Below, one piece after another: positions 31,093 through 40,492 of a stretch of 64,000 nt of DNA. Both the position numbers and the translations under genes were made by a program. Source of the stretch: Candidatus Heimdallarchaeum endolithica (GTDB lineage: Archaea; Asgardarchaeota; Heimdallarchaeia; Heimdallarchaeales; Heimdallarchaeaceae). The stretch covers positions 1,952,001 through 2,016,000 of the forward strand of contig CP084167.1 of assembly GCA_021513715.1 (NCBI GenBank). Reading direction: 5' to 3'. Each line of letters starts with the position of its first letter. The stretch's first letter is position 1. The notes beneath the pieces were generated by a model. It had not been told where the DNA came from and made no database searches. It saw only the letters and a list, made by a program, of their open reading frames with translations.

Positions 31093-32469
31093 TTATTTAA
31101 TCAGTTTTTCAAGCTTTTCAACTATGCTAGAGATCCATTCGAATTGTTCCTTTGTTGGAGCTTCGAAATAAATTCTAATTTTTGGTTCTGTCCCAGATTT
31201 TCTAATTAATATCCACGTCCCATCTTCAAAATCGAACCTTAAACCGTCAAAATCTAATACGTTCTTTTTATAGGGAGCACAGATTGTGGTTAAGTGATTC
31301 TTTAGTGAATTGAAAATAAGATTTGCATTTTCTTCTGAAACAAGGTAAGATCTTCTTTCTGAAAAAAAACTTGGAATTGATTTAATTTTAGTATAAAGAG
31401 AACAGTTTTTTTCCACCAATTCCTTCAAAATTACAACTGCACCAAATAATCCATCAATCCACAGCCCCCAATCTAAAGGAAATATTGGTTTCCATGGTTC
31501 AGCAGCAAAAATGACTCGTTCTCCATTATTAATTAACTCTAAAGACTTTGTATGAAGATCACCTAAAGGAGCTCGAATAACTTTAACAGAAGAGCTATCT
31601 AGTGAGTTATCTATACATGTTGACGAATCTATACTAAGGACAACAATACCACTTTTATTTGTGGTGAGAGATAACTGAGCTAACAAAGCATTTATTCTTG
31701 ATAGTTCCACAAAATTACCTTGTTCGTCAATAAATGAGACTCTATCCCCATCTCCATCATGAGCAATACCAATAGCACCTTTTTCTTTACATAAATTAAT
31801 AAGAACTGACAGATTTTCTTCACTTGGTTCAGCTAAACGACCAGGAAAACAACCATCAATATTAGAGTTGAGTGTAATTACATTAAATCCAAGTGTAGAA
31901 AAAATTCTTGGAGATAAAAGGCTCATCGGTCCATTTGCACAATCTACAATTAAAGTTCTATTATCAGCTTTAAAGTTTATTTTTTGAACAATAGCATTAA
32001 AATACTGATTATTAGCATCAATTATTTTTCTTTGATTTTTTATTTCATCCCAATTAGAATGAAAAATTTTATCAAAAAGTACTATTTCTTGTTCAAGTTT
32101 TTCTTGTTCTTTTTCTGTAAATTCTCTTCCAGTAAATAACAATTTAACTCCATTATATTCTGGTGGATTGTGAGAAGCTGTAATATAAATCCCTATTTTA
32201 TGCTCTAATTTTTGCGACATATATGCCATAACAGGAAAAGTGCATAACCCAACATCATACACTTGTGCACCATTTATTGATATCGTTGCTAATGCATATT
32301 GTGCTAATGATTCTGAACTAGTTCGAGCATCATGCCCTACAATAATTCCTTCATCAGGAAACATTTTAACTACAGCTTGACTTAATTTTATTATAAGATC
32401 AGCTGTAACTTTCTTTCCTAATAATCCTCGTATCCCTGCAGTGCCAAATAATTTAGTAGAAGTATTCAT
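31093..32469 (-). CDS. Phosphohexomutase (PMM/PGM/GlmM family)
   Basis: LFGTAGIRG, TASHNP, DGDGDR and RKSGTEPKIRIY motifs. Confidence 0.92.
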   Translation of the reverse strand: MNTSTKLFGTAGIRGLLGKKVTADLIIKLSQAVVKMFPDEGIIVGHDARTSSESLAQYALATISINGAQVYDVGLCTFPVMAYMSQKLEHKIGIYITASHNPPEYNGVKLLFTGREFTEKEQEKLEQEIVLFDKIFHSNWDEIKNQRKIIDANNQYFNAIVQKINFKADNRTLIVDCANGPMSLLSPRIFSTLGFNVITLNSNIDGCFPGRLAEPSEENLSVLINLCKEKGAIGIAHDGDGDRVSFIDEQGNFVELSRINALLAQLSLTTNKSGIVVLSIDSSTCIDNSLDSSSVKVIRAPLGDLHTKSLELINNGERVIFAAEPWKPIFPLDWGLWIDGLFGAVVILKELVEKNCSLYTKIKSIPSFFSERRSYLVSEENANLIFNSLKNHLTTICAPYKKNVLDFDGLRFDFEDGTWILIRKSGTEPKIRIYFEAPTKEQFEWISSIVEKLEKLIK

Positions 32470-32544
32470 TAATTAAATAAAAGTATAGTTCTTAAAAAAA
32501 TTACTAAAAAAGAAATAAGTGAAGAGGTTTATAATAAGATTGAA

Positions 32545-32949
32545 TTACCTGTAAGATTTTTGGAATCTTGAGCGAGCACTTGGTCCTCCAAAGTGCTTAG
32601 ATTCTGTTCTCCTTGGATCTCCAGAGATAATTGTTTTGTCATATGCAACAAATTTTTCTTTCAAAGTCTCATCTTCAAAGTAATTGACAAGACCACGGGC
32701 AATTGCAGTTCTTACTGCTTCTGCTTGACCCATGTATCCCCCTCCACGAACATTAACTTTGATATCTATCTTATCACGAATATCTTGTCCTGCAAGTATG
32801 AAAATTTCTTCAATTTTTATTCTTTGAAGTTCATTAGGTAGTACTTCAAGGGGGATACCATTAATTCTTACCCTACCTTTTCCTTCCTTTATTGTTGCAC
32901 GAGCGATTGCTGTTTTTCTTTTTCCAGACATTACTACAACTTTAACCAT
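32545..32949 (-). CDS. rps9: 30S ribosomal protein uS9
   Basis: SGKRKTAIARA, GGGYMGQA and ARSRFQKSYR motifs. Confidence 0.97.
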   Translation of the reverse strand: MVKVVVMSGKRKTAIARATIKEGKGRVRINGIPLEVLPNELQRIKIEEIFILAGQDIRDKIDIKVNVRGGGYMGQAEAVRTAIARGLVNYFEDETLKEKFVAYDKTIISGDPRRTESKHFGGPSARSRFQKSYR

Positions 32950-32962
32950 AATTATCACCAGT

Positions 32963-33430
32963 TTATTTTCCCCATCCAAACTCCTTACAAAGTTCACCTA
33001 CAGTTATATATTGACAAGTTAATTTATTCCCATCGGCATACTTTGGTTTAATAACTTCTTCAGTTTTAACAGTCTCTGGGATTCCAATATGTGTCAATAA
33101 TCGATGATAGGCAGATCTACCTTTTGGTTTCTTCATAGGCAACATCCCTCTTACCGTACGTCTTACGATTCTATCGGGTCTCTTTGGATGGAAAGGACCT
33201 CTACGAGGATTGGATAATGTGTGCTTTTTGTGCATATTTAATGTCTCTTTCAATATAGAAGCTTTCTTTCCTGAAATAATAGCTTTTTCGCAATTGATAA
33301 TGTCAACTTTATTTCCTTCTAAAAGCAATTTGGCAACTTCAGAACTCAGTCTACCAAGAATGGCATTCTCTGCATCTATTATTATTTTTTTCTGTGTAAA
33401 TTTTTTTATTTTTTCTGTCTGTTTCTGCAT
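32963..33430 (-). CDS. rpl13: 50S ribosomal protein uL13
   Basis: IDAENAILGRLSS and RRTVRGMLP motifs. Confidence 0.96.
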   Translation of the reverse strand: MQKQTEKIKKFTQKKIIIDAENAILGRLSSEVAKLLLEGNKVDIINCEKAIISGKKASILKETLNMHKKHTLSNPRRGPFHPKRPDRIVRRTVRGMLPMKKPKGRSAYHRLLTHIGIPETVKTEEVIKPKYADGNKLTCQYITVGELCKEFGWGK

Positions 33431-33440
33431 TTTGCACACC

Positions 33441-33806
33441 TTATACGATTATTTTCACCTTTTTTGGTTCAGGTGGATTCTTTATCAGTTCAGTTAGTGT
33501 CATCATTTTACTATTGGAATCAGCAATTTTAGCTTTTGCATTCTCTGAAAAGCGTAGTGCAGCAATAGTAACAGGATGGTCTAACACCCCAGATGATAAA
33601 ACAGAACCAGGAACAACTGCGATCTCGTCATTATTAACATAACGATTTATTTTACTTAAGTTCACAGTAGCCCTTTGTCTTCTGGGTTTCTCTAATTTTT
33701 CAGCAACTGTCTTCCAAATTTGAACGTCATGTTCAGAAGATAGTTTTTTTAACAAGTTGATTACTTCAATCAGATTTGAATCTGTTGGACCAGTTCTTTT
33801 TGGCAT
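33441..33806 (-). CDS. rpl18e: 50S ribosomal protein eL18
   Basis: VNLSKINRY and VVPGSVLSSG motifs. Confidence 0.96.
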   Translation of the reverse strand: MPKRTGPTDSNLIEVINLLKKLSSEHDVQIWKTVAEKLEKPRRQRATVNLSKINRYVNNDEIAVVPGSVLSSGVLDHPVTIAALRFSENAKAKIADSNSKMMTLTELIKNPPEPKKVKIIV

Positions 33807-33824
33807 GATTATCTCACTTTATTT

Positions 33825-34649
33825 TTATTCTTCTTCGCTTGTAGTGATTACTTCTAATTTGTTTTTTAATTCGTCGATTCTAGAGAGAAGTATCTCTCCA
33901 GCTTTTTCCATTAACTTAGATGGTGGCATACCATTGTTAATTTCGAAAGAAAAGATAATTTTAGAAGAATCATATTTTATTTGAACCCCCCCAGGTTCGG
34001 CAAAGTCAGTACAATAACCGCATAAGTTGCAATTAAGTAGATTTTCAACAGCCAATTTCCCATTTTTTACAGAAAATACATTACGGTAGCATGCATCTGC
34101 AACTTTCTTTGGATCTTTAATTTTCTCATGATCAATCTCAATTACAGGATAAAACTGATAACCCATTGCAGATACAGGTTGCCATTTAGCATGCTCTTTT
34201 CCTATGCCAAGCTGAGCCATGCATTCCAACTCTAAAGCTTGATTTGGACCAAGTTTTACTATTGGAATTTTACTGTTAATAGGTTCTACTCCCTCTTGGG
34301 AGGAAATAAGATCACCACTATATACTATAGCGGGTTCTTGGCTTGTTTCTTTTGAAATCGTTAAAGTCACAGTACAGAGATTACACCCTATTCCATTACA
34401 GTCACATTCATCTCTAAAGTTCAGTTCTAGGGTGTCAGCATCATATTTTAAAGGAATCAACCCTAATCTTTGAGCTATAAATTCATCGAAAAGAGGAGAA
34501 GTATTCTTTAACACATACACATCCTCAATAACAAGGGTTGGAACTTCAGCTATTGCTATTCTACGTATAGCATTGGCAAAAGCGATGCTAGTGTCTTCTA
34601 ATATAAACTTCACAGAATTCGGTAGTAATTCAATTATATCAATGTCCAT
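33825..34649 (-). CDS. rpoD: RNA polymerase subunit Rpo3 (D) with Fe-S domain
   Basis: ANAIRR...EVP, RLGLIPL, GKEHAKWQP and CNLCGYC motifs. Confidence 0.96.
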   Translation of the reverse strand: MDIDIIELLPNSVKFILEDTSIAFANAIRRIAIAEVPTLVIEDVYVLKNTSPLFDEFIAQRLGLIPLKYDADTLELNFRDECDCNGIGCNLCTVTLTISKETSQEPAIVYSGDLISSQEGVEPINSKIPIVKLGPNQALELECMAQLGIGKEHAKWQPVSAMGYQFYPVIEIDHEKIKDPKKVADACYRNVFSVKNGKLAVENLLNCNLCGYCTDFAEPGGVQIKYDSSKIIFSFEINNGMPPSKLMEKAGEILLSRIDELKNKLEVITTSEEE

Positions 34650-34725
34650 ATAGTGCCACCTAGTAAAGGTTCATCTATACGAACCCAATTATAATTATAA
34701 AAAAGGTTTTCCATCAACGTGTTTG

Positions 34726-34828
34726 TGTTCACTCACTGAAAATGGGTTATGCTTTCGGGAAATAGAGAAACGTAAGGGTGATTCATATTTTTTTCTTTAA
34801 CAATAAGAAAGTTTAGAGATTGGTGAGG
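34726..34828 (-). mobile_element. Degenerate IS481 right-end relic overlapping the tRNA-Leu 3' end
   Basis: Encodes PHQSLNFL......MNHPYVSL.P.S.T, colinear with the IS481 transposase C-terminus; ends in IR-like TGAGTGAACA. Confidence 0.85.
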
Positions 34829-34924
34829 GGAGGGCGATTCGAACGCCCGAACCACTAAGGAACGGATGGCCCATCTTCTTTTAGATCTTGAGTCCGTCGC
34901 CGTTGACCTCTTGGCTATCCCCCC
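34821..34924 (-). tRNA. tRNA-Leu(CAA) with 19-nt intron at 37/38 (34868-34886), encoded CCA
   Basis: Cloverleaf: GGGGGGA/TCCCCTC, ACGGA-CTCAAG|A-TCCGT, long variable arm, GGGCG-TTCGAAT-CGCCC; BHB at the junctions. Confidence 0.93.
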
Positions 34925-35069
34925 ACGTTGGATAAGGGACAAGTTCAAACAAACCTATTTTTCACTTATTTTAAATTTTTTTGTAAGATATATTTTAGAA
35001 TTTAAGTCTAGAATTAAAATAAAAGTTCAAAATAAAAGAAAATAAAAGAAAATAAGTAAACTTGTAGTT

Positions 35070-35525
35070 CTAACGTTGTGGTTTTTGTTTTCTTCCTTCT
35101 ACGAGCATTTTAATAGCAGCACCATTTACATGAGTTACTTGCCATTTAACTCCAGGAATATCTCCTTTTGCTCCTTTTTGTGCTCCACCTATAGAACAAA
35201 CCAAAACCTCATCATGTTCCTCTATATAGAGTAATCCTCCATCGTGAGGAACAAAAGCACCTATTTGTTTCCCATTCTTTGTTAATCTTACTCTCACACA
35301 TTTTCTTAAAGCAGAATTAGGTTGCTTACTTTCCACACCATATTTTTCAACCACTATTCCTCTTGCAGCTGGAGCACCTTCTAATGGATCTGCTTTTTTA
35401 TCTAATCTTAACATTTTTCGTTTGTAATAACTATCTTTCCAACGAAACTTCTTCCTTTTTTGAACCAATTTACGTGCCGCATATTCTCCTTTTGGACTTT
35501 TCGAACCAGTCATTTTATACACCAT
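35070..35525 (-). CDS. rps12: 30S ribosomal protein uS12
   Basis: [15 protein letters not shown] and GDIPGV motifs. Confidence 0.97.
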   Translation of the reverse strand: MVYKMTGSKSPKGEYAARKLVQKRKKFRWKDSYYKRKMLRLDKKADPLEGAPAARGIVVEKYGVESKQPNSALRKCVRVRLTKNGKQIGAFVPHDGGLLYIEEHDEVLVCSIGGAQKGAKGDIPGVKWQVTHVNGAAIKMLVEGRKQKPQR

Positions 35526-35697
35526 AGTTTTTATAAGTTCGACTCTACTACGTCTTCCTCTTATGTTTCTTCCTTTTACCTTTTATTAAAAAACTTTTGA
35601 TTTTATACATATTATTTTTCTTGTTCAAAGAAAAAAATATTTCCAGAATTTTAATTTCAGCATTTGGATAATAAATTAAAAAATAGTAATTGAAGCG

Positions 35698-37065
35698 TTA
35701 ATATGAAGTTATCGAAACATCTTTTTTTGCTTTTTCATGTTTTGGTTGTATTTTATCCCAAATTTCTTTTATTTTATGGACATCATCAGGATGAGCATAA
35801 ACTCGGACTAATGTATATCTCGAATTTCCACTTGCAATTGTGTATATATATTTAGTTTCTATTAATGCCTCACTAAGAGTAAAAGATTTCCGTCCTGGAT
35901 GTATACGATTATATGGATCATAAATGAAAACATTTGATGCTTGGAACTCATCAGCGCTAATTGTTGAAAGTTTATATGTAGAATCAATTATCATCTTACG
36001 TTTTATTTTGATATTATTTGCTTTGGCATACTCTTTAATTTTTTTAATAAATGATTCATTTGCAGTCATTTCACATAGTTCTTCCACAGAAACTCCTAAA
36101 GTTTCCGAAGTTGTTTCATCAATTATCTTTTCCCAGACTGCTTTGTGTAGACGTCGGTTTAGAAAGTCTTTCACATAGGCCTTAGCTTTTTTTAGCTCAG
36201 GAGCCTCACTAGAAAATATTTCCCCTATGAGTGTATATTCGTTGAGATAAGTAAATAACTCAAAATCTTTTGTACGTTCAATTAAATTAAGAGGTTCTAA
36301 TGATTCTCTTAAAAAGGATTGAATTAGGATATCAGCTGCTCTTGCTGCTTTGTGGAAATATACACTCTTATATTCGAAAAACCTTCCTATTAAAGAAGAA
36401 TAAATATCATCTAGAACTTTCCAATTATAGTGAATGGCTTCTGCGCCATTATGTTCATGAATTATCGTATTATTTATTATTCTATTAACATCAATTTCGC
36501 CAAAATGAGTAGTTCCTGCAAATAGAGAATCGCGCAACATGAAGTCTAGCCTATCAGCACCTAAAGCTCCTTGAATCAGGGGATGCAATAGATGACTACG
36601 TCCATCCCAGACTTTAATCAATTCTTCAGGATCACAAAATTCCTCAATTATAGGCTTAAGTAGATCTGATTGTATCAATTTATTACGGTGGACATCATGA
36701 CCGTGGGGATGGTCAGGGTATACTTCTTTGTAAACAACATCATCATATTGATGACTAAATGGCCCATGCCCTATATCATGGAGTAATCCGGCCAATCTAG
36801 CTAGTTGCACTCTATAAGTCACGTCATCATAATCTTTGAACACTTCAGCAGTATATTGACCAGCTAAATGCATAACACCAACACAGTGAGCAAAACGTGT
36901 GTGAACGGCAGAAGGATAGACATGACGAACTCCAGATAATTGACTTATCCAACGCAATCGCTGAAAAACTGGAGTATCAATTATTTTATTTTCTATTTCT
37001 GTTATTCTTATTTCATCATGAATAGCATCTTTAATGGTACGAGTATATTTTAAATTAGACTGCAT
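35698..37065 (-). CDS. HD-superfamily phosphohydrolase (SAMHD1/YdhJ-like)
   Basis: FQRLR.I.QL, HTRFAH, LLHDIGHGPFSH, DRLDF..RD and VYFHK motifs. Confidence 0.9.
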   Translation of the reverse strand: MQSNLKYTRTIKDAIHDEIRITEIENKIIDTPVFQRLRWISQLSGVRHVYPSAVHTRFAHCVGVMHLAGQYTAEVFKDYDDVTYRVQLARLAGLLHDIGHGPFSHQYDDVVYKEVYPDHPHGHDVHRNKLIQSDLLKPIIEEFCDPEELIKVWDGRSHLLHPLIQGALGADRLDFMLRDSLFAGTTHFGEIDVNRIINNTIIHEHNGAEAIHYNWKVLDDIYSSLIGRFFEYKSVYFHKAARAADILIQSFLRESLEPLNLIERTKDFELFTYLNEYTLIGEIFSSEAPELKKAKAYVKDFLNRRLHKAVWEKIIDETTSETLGVSVEELCEMTANESFIKKIKEYAKANNIKIKRKMIIDSTYKLSTISADEFQASNVFIYDPYNRIHPGRKSFTLSEALIETKYIYTIASGNSRYTLVRVYAHPDDVHKIKEIWDKIQPKHEKAKKDVSITSY

Positions 37066-37157
37066 ATCGATTCCTCTATACTTTACAATATTTTTTTAAT
37101 ATTAAATCCTTTTAATCTTTTTGATTTTAGACGATATTTCGACAAAAAAGGAGTGGT

Positions 37158-37265
37158 TGGTGGACTGGGCGAGATTTTCCGTTTTGGCGCCCACAACGCC
37201 CATAACTCTCGAACTCGCGGCCTCTTCACTGCGAATGAAGCGTTCTTCCTCTGAACTACCAGCCC
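37158..37265 (-). tRNA. tRNA-Ala(CGC) with 33-nt non-canonical intron at 59/60 (37175-37207), encoded CCA
   Basis: GGGCTGG/CCAGTCC acceptor (G3-U70), CTTCA-TTCGCAG-TGAAG anticodon arm, GCGAG-TTCGAG|T-CTCGC with relaxed BHB. Confidence 0.9.
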
Positions 37266-37444
37266 ACTCTTTTGTTTTTAAGAGCAAACTGTTCTAACAT
37301 CCAGAACTACAAATCTTAATTGAAATTATGTACAATTTTCAATATTTGTTATTGTTTCTTCTTTTATCAAATACTCGTAGTAATACCCTTATTTCATAGT
37401 GACATTTTAACTTCTCGCTTCAGTAATAAAAATAAAAGTATAAA

Positions 37445-37849
37445 TTATTTAACTCGCATTATTCTCATTTTACCTAACGCTTTCCAGTACTCAACTTCAC
37501 AGCCTTCTGTTAGGTTTCCTTCGATTTCTCCTTCTGGAGGAAGCCCTGCTTCAAAAGTTTCATAGGTTTCCATATCCATCAACTGTACACTATCTTGGCT
37601 TATTGCTAATACTTGAGCAGTTCTTTTATCTATTATAGGTGATTGTAGTTTTTGATCTCCAGGTATAGTTATCTCCGTTTTATTTCCTGTGAAAATATTT
37701 TCTATTTTCATTCTGCATTTTGCGTGCCCGTGTTTCCCAGATTTTGATTTTTCTACATCCCTTACTAGATATACATCGCCATCTTTTACTATATAATTTC
37801 CAGCTTTTACTTGTCCAGCTTTTATTGGTTCAACATCATATTCACTCAT
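37445..37849 (-). CDS. eif5a: Translation factor aIF5A
   Basis: KSGKHGHAK hypusine motif. Confidence 0.97.
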   Translation of the reverse strand: MSEYDVEPIKAGQVKAGNYIVKDGDVYLVRDVEKSKSGKHGHAKCRMKIENIFTGNKTEITIPGDQKLQSPIIDKRTAQVLAISQDSVQLMDMETYETFEAGLPPEGEIEGNLTEGCEVEYWKALGKMRIMRVK

Positions 37850-37981
37850 ATATACTCACATCTTATTTTTGTGTTATTATTAATTGACACTTTAAAAAGA
37901 TTTACTCATTATAGAGAATTAGATATTAAACTACGGCACTTTGTTCATTTTATGTTCTTTTTTTGAGTAGAAAGATAAAAA

Positions 37982-39415
37982 TTAGAAATCTAAAATATTA
38001 ATTATTTCTTTTCCTTCATCTAACAGCTGTTTACATTTGTCCACGAGTAAAAATACTTCTTCTTTAAATGAACTTGAGATCATACCTTTCTCTGCCAAAT
38101 CATTTATAATTTCTGTATCTTGAACTTCTATTTCATCTTCTTTCTTTATTAAAGAAACACCAAGATCGATATAACGAATATAACCTTCATTATATAATTC
38201 TACTGGAGTGACTATTTTTATGTATTCACCCATCAATTTTTCTTTTCTGTAAACTTTAGTGTGGATAGTCCAACAGCCCTCTTTAATATAAGTAACAACA
38301 TTATCCCCACTATTAATAGGCTCATCTATTGCAAAATGTAACCCTCTTGATGCTCTGAAACTCCGCTTAATAACCATCGTATCTTTGTCCCAGTTTAACT
38401 GCCCCAATATTCTATCTAATGGTGACGCAATTAAACTATATGATTGTTCTTTAATCAACGAATTTTCTGAAAAATCTTTCTCTAAGATAACTTCCTTAAG
38501 TATTTTAGACAATTTCTCAGGTTCAATATCTTGAGAGATTCTTTCTGCAAAGGTAGTTGTTATCTTTAAATTTTCAGAGTAAGACATAAACCAGTGATAT
38601 AAAGGAAACGTTGGGGTGATAACACTTCTTATCTCATCCATTTTTTGTTTTGCTCCTTGGACAAATAATATGTGGGCCACTGTTTGACCTGGCTGTAATA
38701 TTCCGGGTCCATAAGAAGAACCAGAAATCAACAAATCTAACTCTTCAGATTTTTGGATTAGTTTTTGTATTTCAGAAGTTAGATCCTTATCACTTACTGA
38801 TGCAGCACTAGTTCTCATAATTAAGCCATGACCATGAGGTCTAAGTTTTTTTCCACGTTCAAACAGATCATCTCTATCTTCTTTTGATAATTTTCTAGAA
38901 ACTCTAACAAAACGCGCATCTCTCTCTAGAATAACATGATGCCCTGGAAAATGAATAACATCCGAACATAAAGGAAGTTGATCTCCTAAAACATTCAACT
39001 CATTTACTTGAACAACAACTTTTTGTCCTTTCTTGTAATTTGCATTAAATAGAATCGCATTTATTTTTTCTCCGATATCAACAATAGAAAGATTTTTCTC
39101 AAAATTTACATGTATTATCTCTCCATTGTATATAGCATGTAGTTGTACTGGATGAAGTAAAACGATGGAATTAGGGATTTTATCAAAAATATTAGAAATA
39201 ATTTCTTCAACATACTCTTCATCACCTTCGATTTTTATCCCATAACCACCTAGAATATCTGTTATATCTATGTCATGAGCATTTAAATTTTCATTTATCC
39301 CGAAAATTTTACTCTGTTCAGCACTAGGTTGTACCAATTTATATCCTAAATCATCAGACAATAATTTAATAATTGCAACATCATAAATACTTCTAACACG
39401 AAAAGTTGGTACCAT
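37982..39415 (-). CDS. FAU-1-like RNA-binding ribonuclease (RNase E/G-related)
   Basis: RVRSIY..A N-terminus; S1 region; VSRK....R, GLIMRTSA; C-terminal TPVE....IRYIDL. Confidence 0.78.
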   Translation of the reverse strand: MVPTFRVRSIYDVAIIKLLSDDLGYKLVQPSAEQSKIFGINENLNAHDIDITDILGGYGIKIEGDEEYVEEIISNIFDKIPNSIVLLHPVQLHAIYNGEIIHVNFEKNLSIVDIGEKINAILFNANYKKGQKVVVQVNELNVLGDQLPLCSDVIHFPGHHVILERDARFVRVSRKLSKEDRDDLFERGKKLRPHGHGLIMRTSAASVSDKDLTSEIQKLIQKSEELDLLISGSSYGPGILQPGQTVAHILFVQGAKQKMDEIRSVITPTFPLYHWFMSYSENLKITTTFAERISQDIEPEKLSKILKEVILEKDFSENSLIKEQSYSLIASPLDRILGQLNWDKDTMVIKRSFRASRGLHFAIDEPINSGDNVVTYIKEGCWTIHTKVYRKEKLMGEYIKIVTPVELYNEGYIRYIDLGVSLIKKEDEIEVQDTEIINDLAEKGMISSSFKEEVFLLVDKCKQLLDEGKEIINILDF

Positions 39416-39545
39416 TAAATCACCACTTGAAATTTCTAACGACACAAACGGTTAAGCATGTCCGAATAAAAGTTTATGCTTTTGAAACAGTAGAAAACAA
39501 TTAGGTCTACTATAAGAACAGAGGATTGAGGATAAAAAATAATTA

Positions 39546-39641
39546 TGGAGCCAGGACGGGGATTTGAACCCCGGAGGCATAAGCCAGCGGTTATCTCTCT
39601 GACGTTTCGAGACCGCCTCCGTACCACTAGGATATCCTGGC
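39546..39641 (-). tRNA. tRNA-Ser(CGA) with 13-nt intron at 37/38, encoded CCA
   Basis: GCCAGGA/TCCTGGC, GCGGT-CTCGAA|A-ACCGC, short variable hairpin, CGGGG-TTCAAAT-CCCCG. Confidence 0.9.
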
Positions 39642-39833
39642 AAAACAAAATTTCATTATTTTGAATTTCATAGAAGTTAATATTTTAAGATTTCTACTAA
39701 GTTCATTTTTCATATTAATATTAATCATTGTTGATTTCAAACCAACTCCCAACACAGTGATAAAATCACATCTCACGCGTGATTTCTTCAATAAGATATA
39801 ATTATAAATAACCAAAATAAGAAAAAAAAAGAG

Positions 39834-40448
39834 TTACAGCCTAATAAAAGTTCTACTCTTGCACTCGGGACAGCCATTTATTGTACACTCATCACAAAGA
39901 AAATTTCCACATTTTGAACATTTTTTTATTGCTTTATTTTTTCTACACTTTACACATGTTTTGATCATAAATCGTTTCCACAGTTTGTATATTAAATAAA
40001 ACAGTGAAAATGCTAATGCAATTCCTAAAATAACCTTTAGTATTATTAACAGTACATTCCCAGCAGTAGGCCCTATATGATCTGGAGTCGCATCTAACGT
40101 TATTTTTAGAATTTTCACGTTTTTATACTCAAAATAACTTACGGAACCATTTGTTTGAGTAACATACCATGAAATTGAAGGCTTTGTTTCTCCTACCTTC
40201 ATACCTACTAATTCACTAACAAAATTATAATTTGTAATATCTTCGTCAATTGCTACTTCTAGGGGGCTATTTTCAGTATATACAGTTTTTAATCTACCAT
40301 CTATATAACGCTCACAAGCAACTTCTACACGATCGCCCCACTCAACACCTAGTTTTTTGTCATAAGCAGTTACATTGATAATTGATGATAGGAATAAAAT
40401 AGTAAAAATAAATGTAAATGTTAGAATTCTGGTTCTAGTTTTACTCAT
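39834..40448 (-). CDS. Membrane protein: signal peptide, degenerate FKBP-like domain, TM helix, C-terminal 8-Cys Zn finger
   Basis: GDRVEV...LVGMKVGE; TM helix; CVKC..CSKC..CDEC..CPEC; paralog of the next gene. Confidence 0.75.
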   Translation of the reverse strand: MSKTRTRILTFTFIFTILFLSSIINVTAYDKKLGVEWGDRVEVACERYIDGRLKTVYTENSPLEVAIDEDITNYNFVSELVGMKVGETKPSISWYVTQTNGSVSYFEYKNVKILKITLDATPDHIGPTAGNVLLIILKVILGIALAFSLFYLIYKLWKRFMIKTCVKCRKNKAIKKCSKCGNFLCDECTINGCPECKSRTFIRL

Positions 40449-40492
40449 CGGTTTTTTTTTATTAGGCTAATTTAAAAGAATTTCTAAGAGGT

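Noticed and set aside
34733-34948. 71-aa ORF
   Set aside because: It reads through tRNA-Leu into the IS481 relic, so it is not a gene, although it revealed the fusion.
37102-37287. 61-aa ORF
   Set aside because: It overlaps the tRNA-Ala gene.
39436-39815. Three short ORFs
   Set aside because: They overlap tRNA-Ser and its promoter region.
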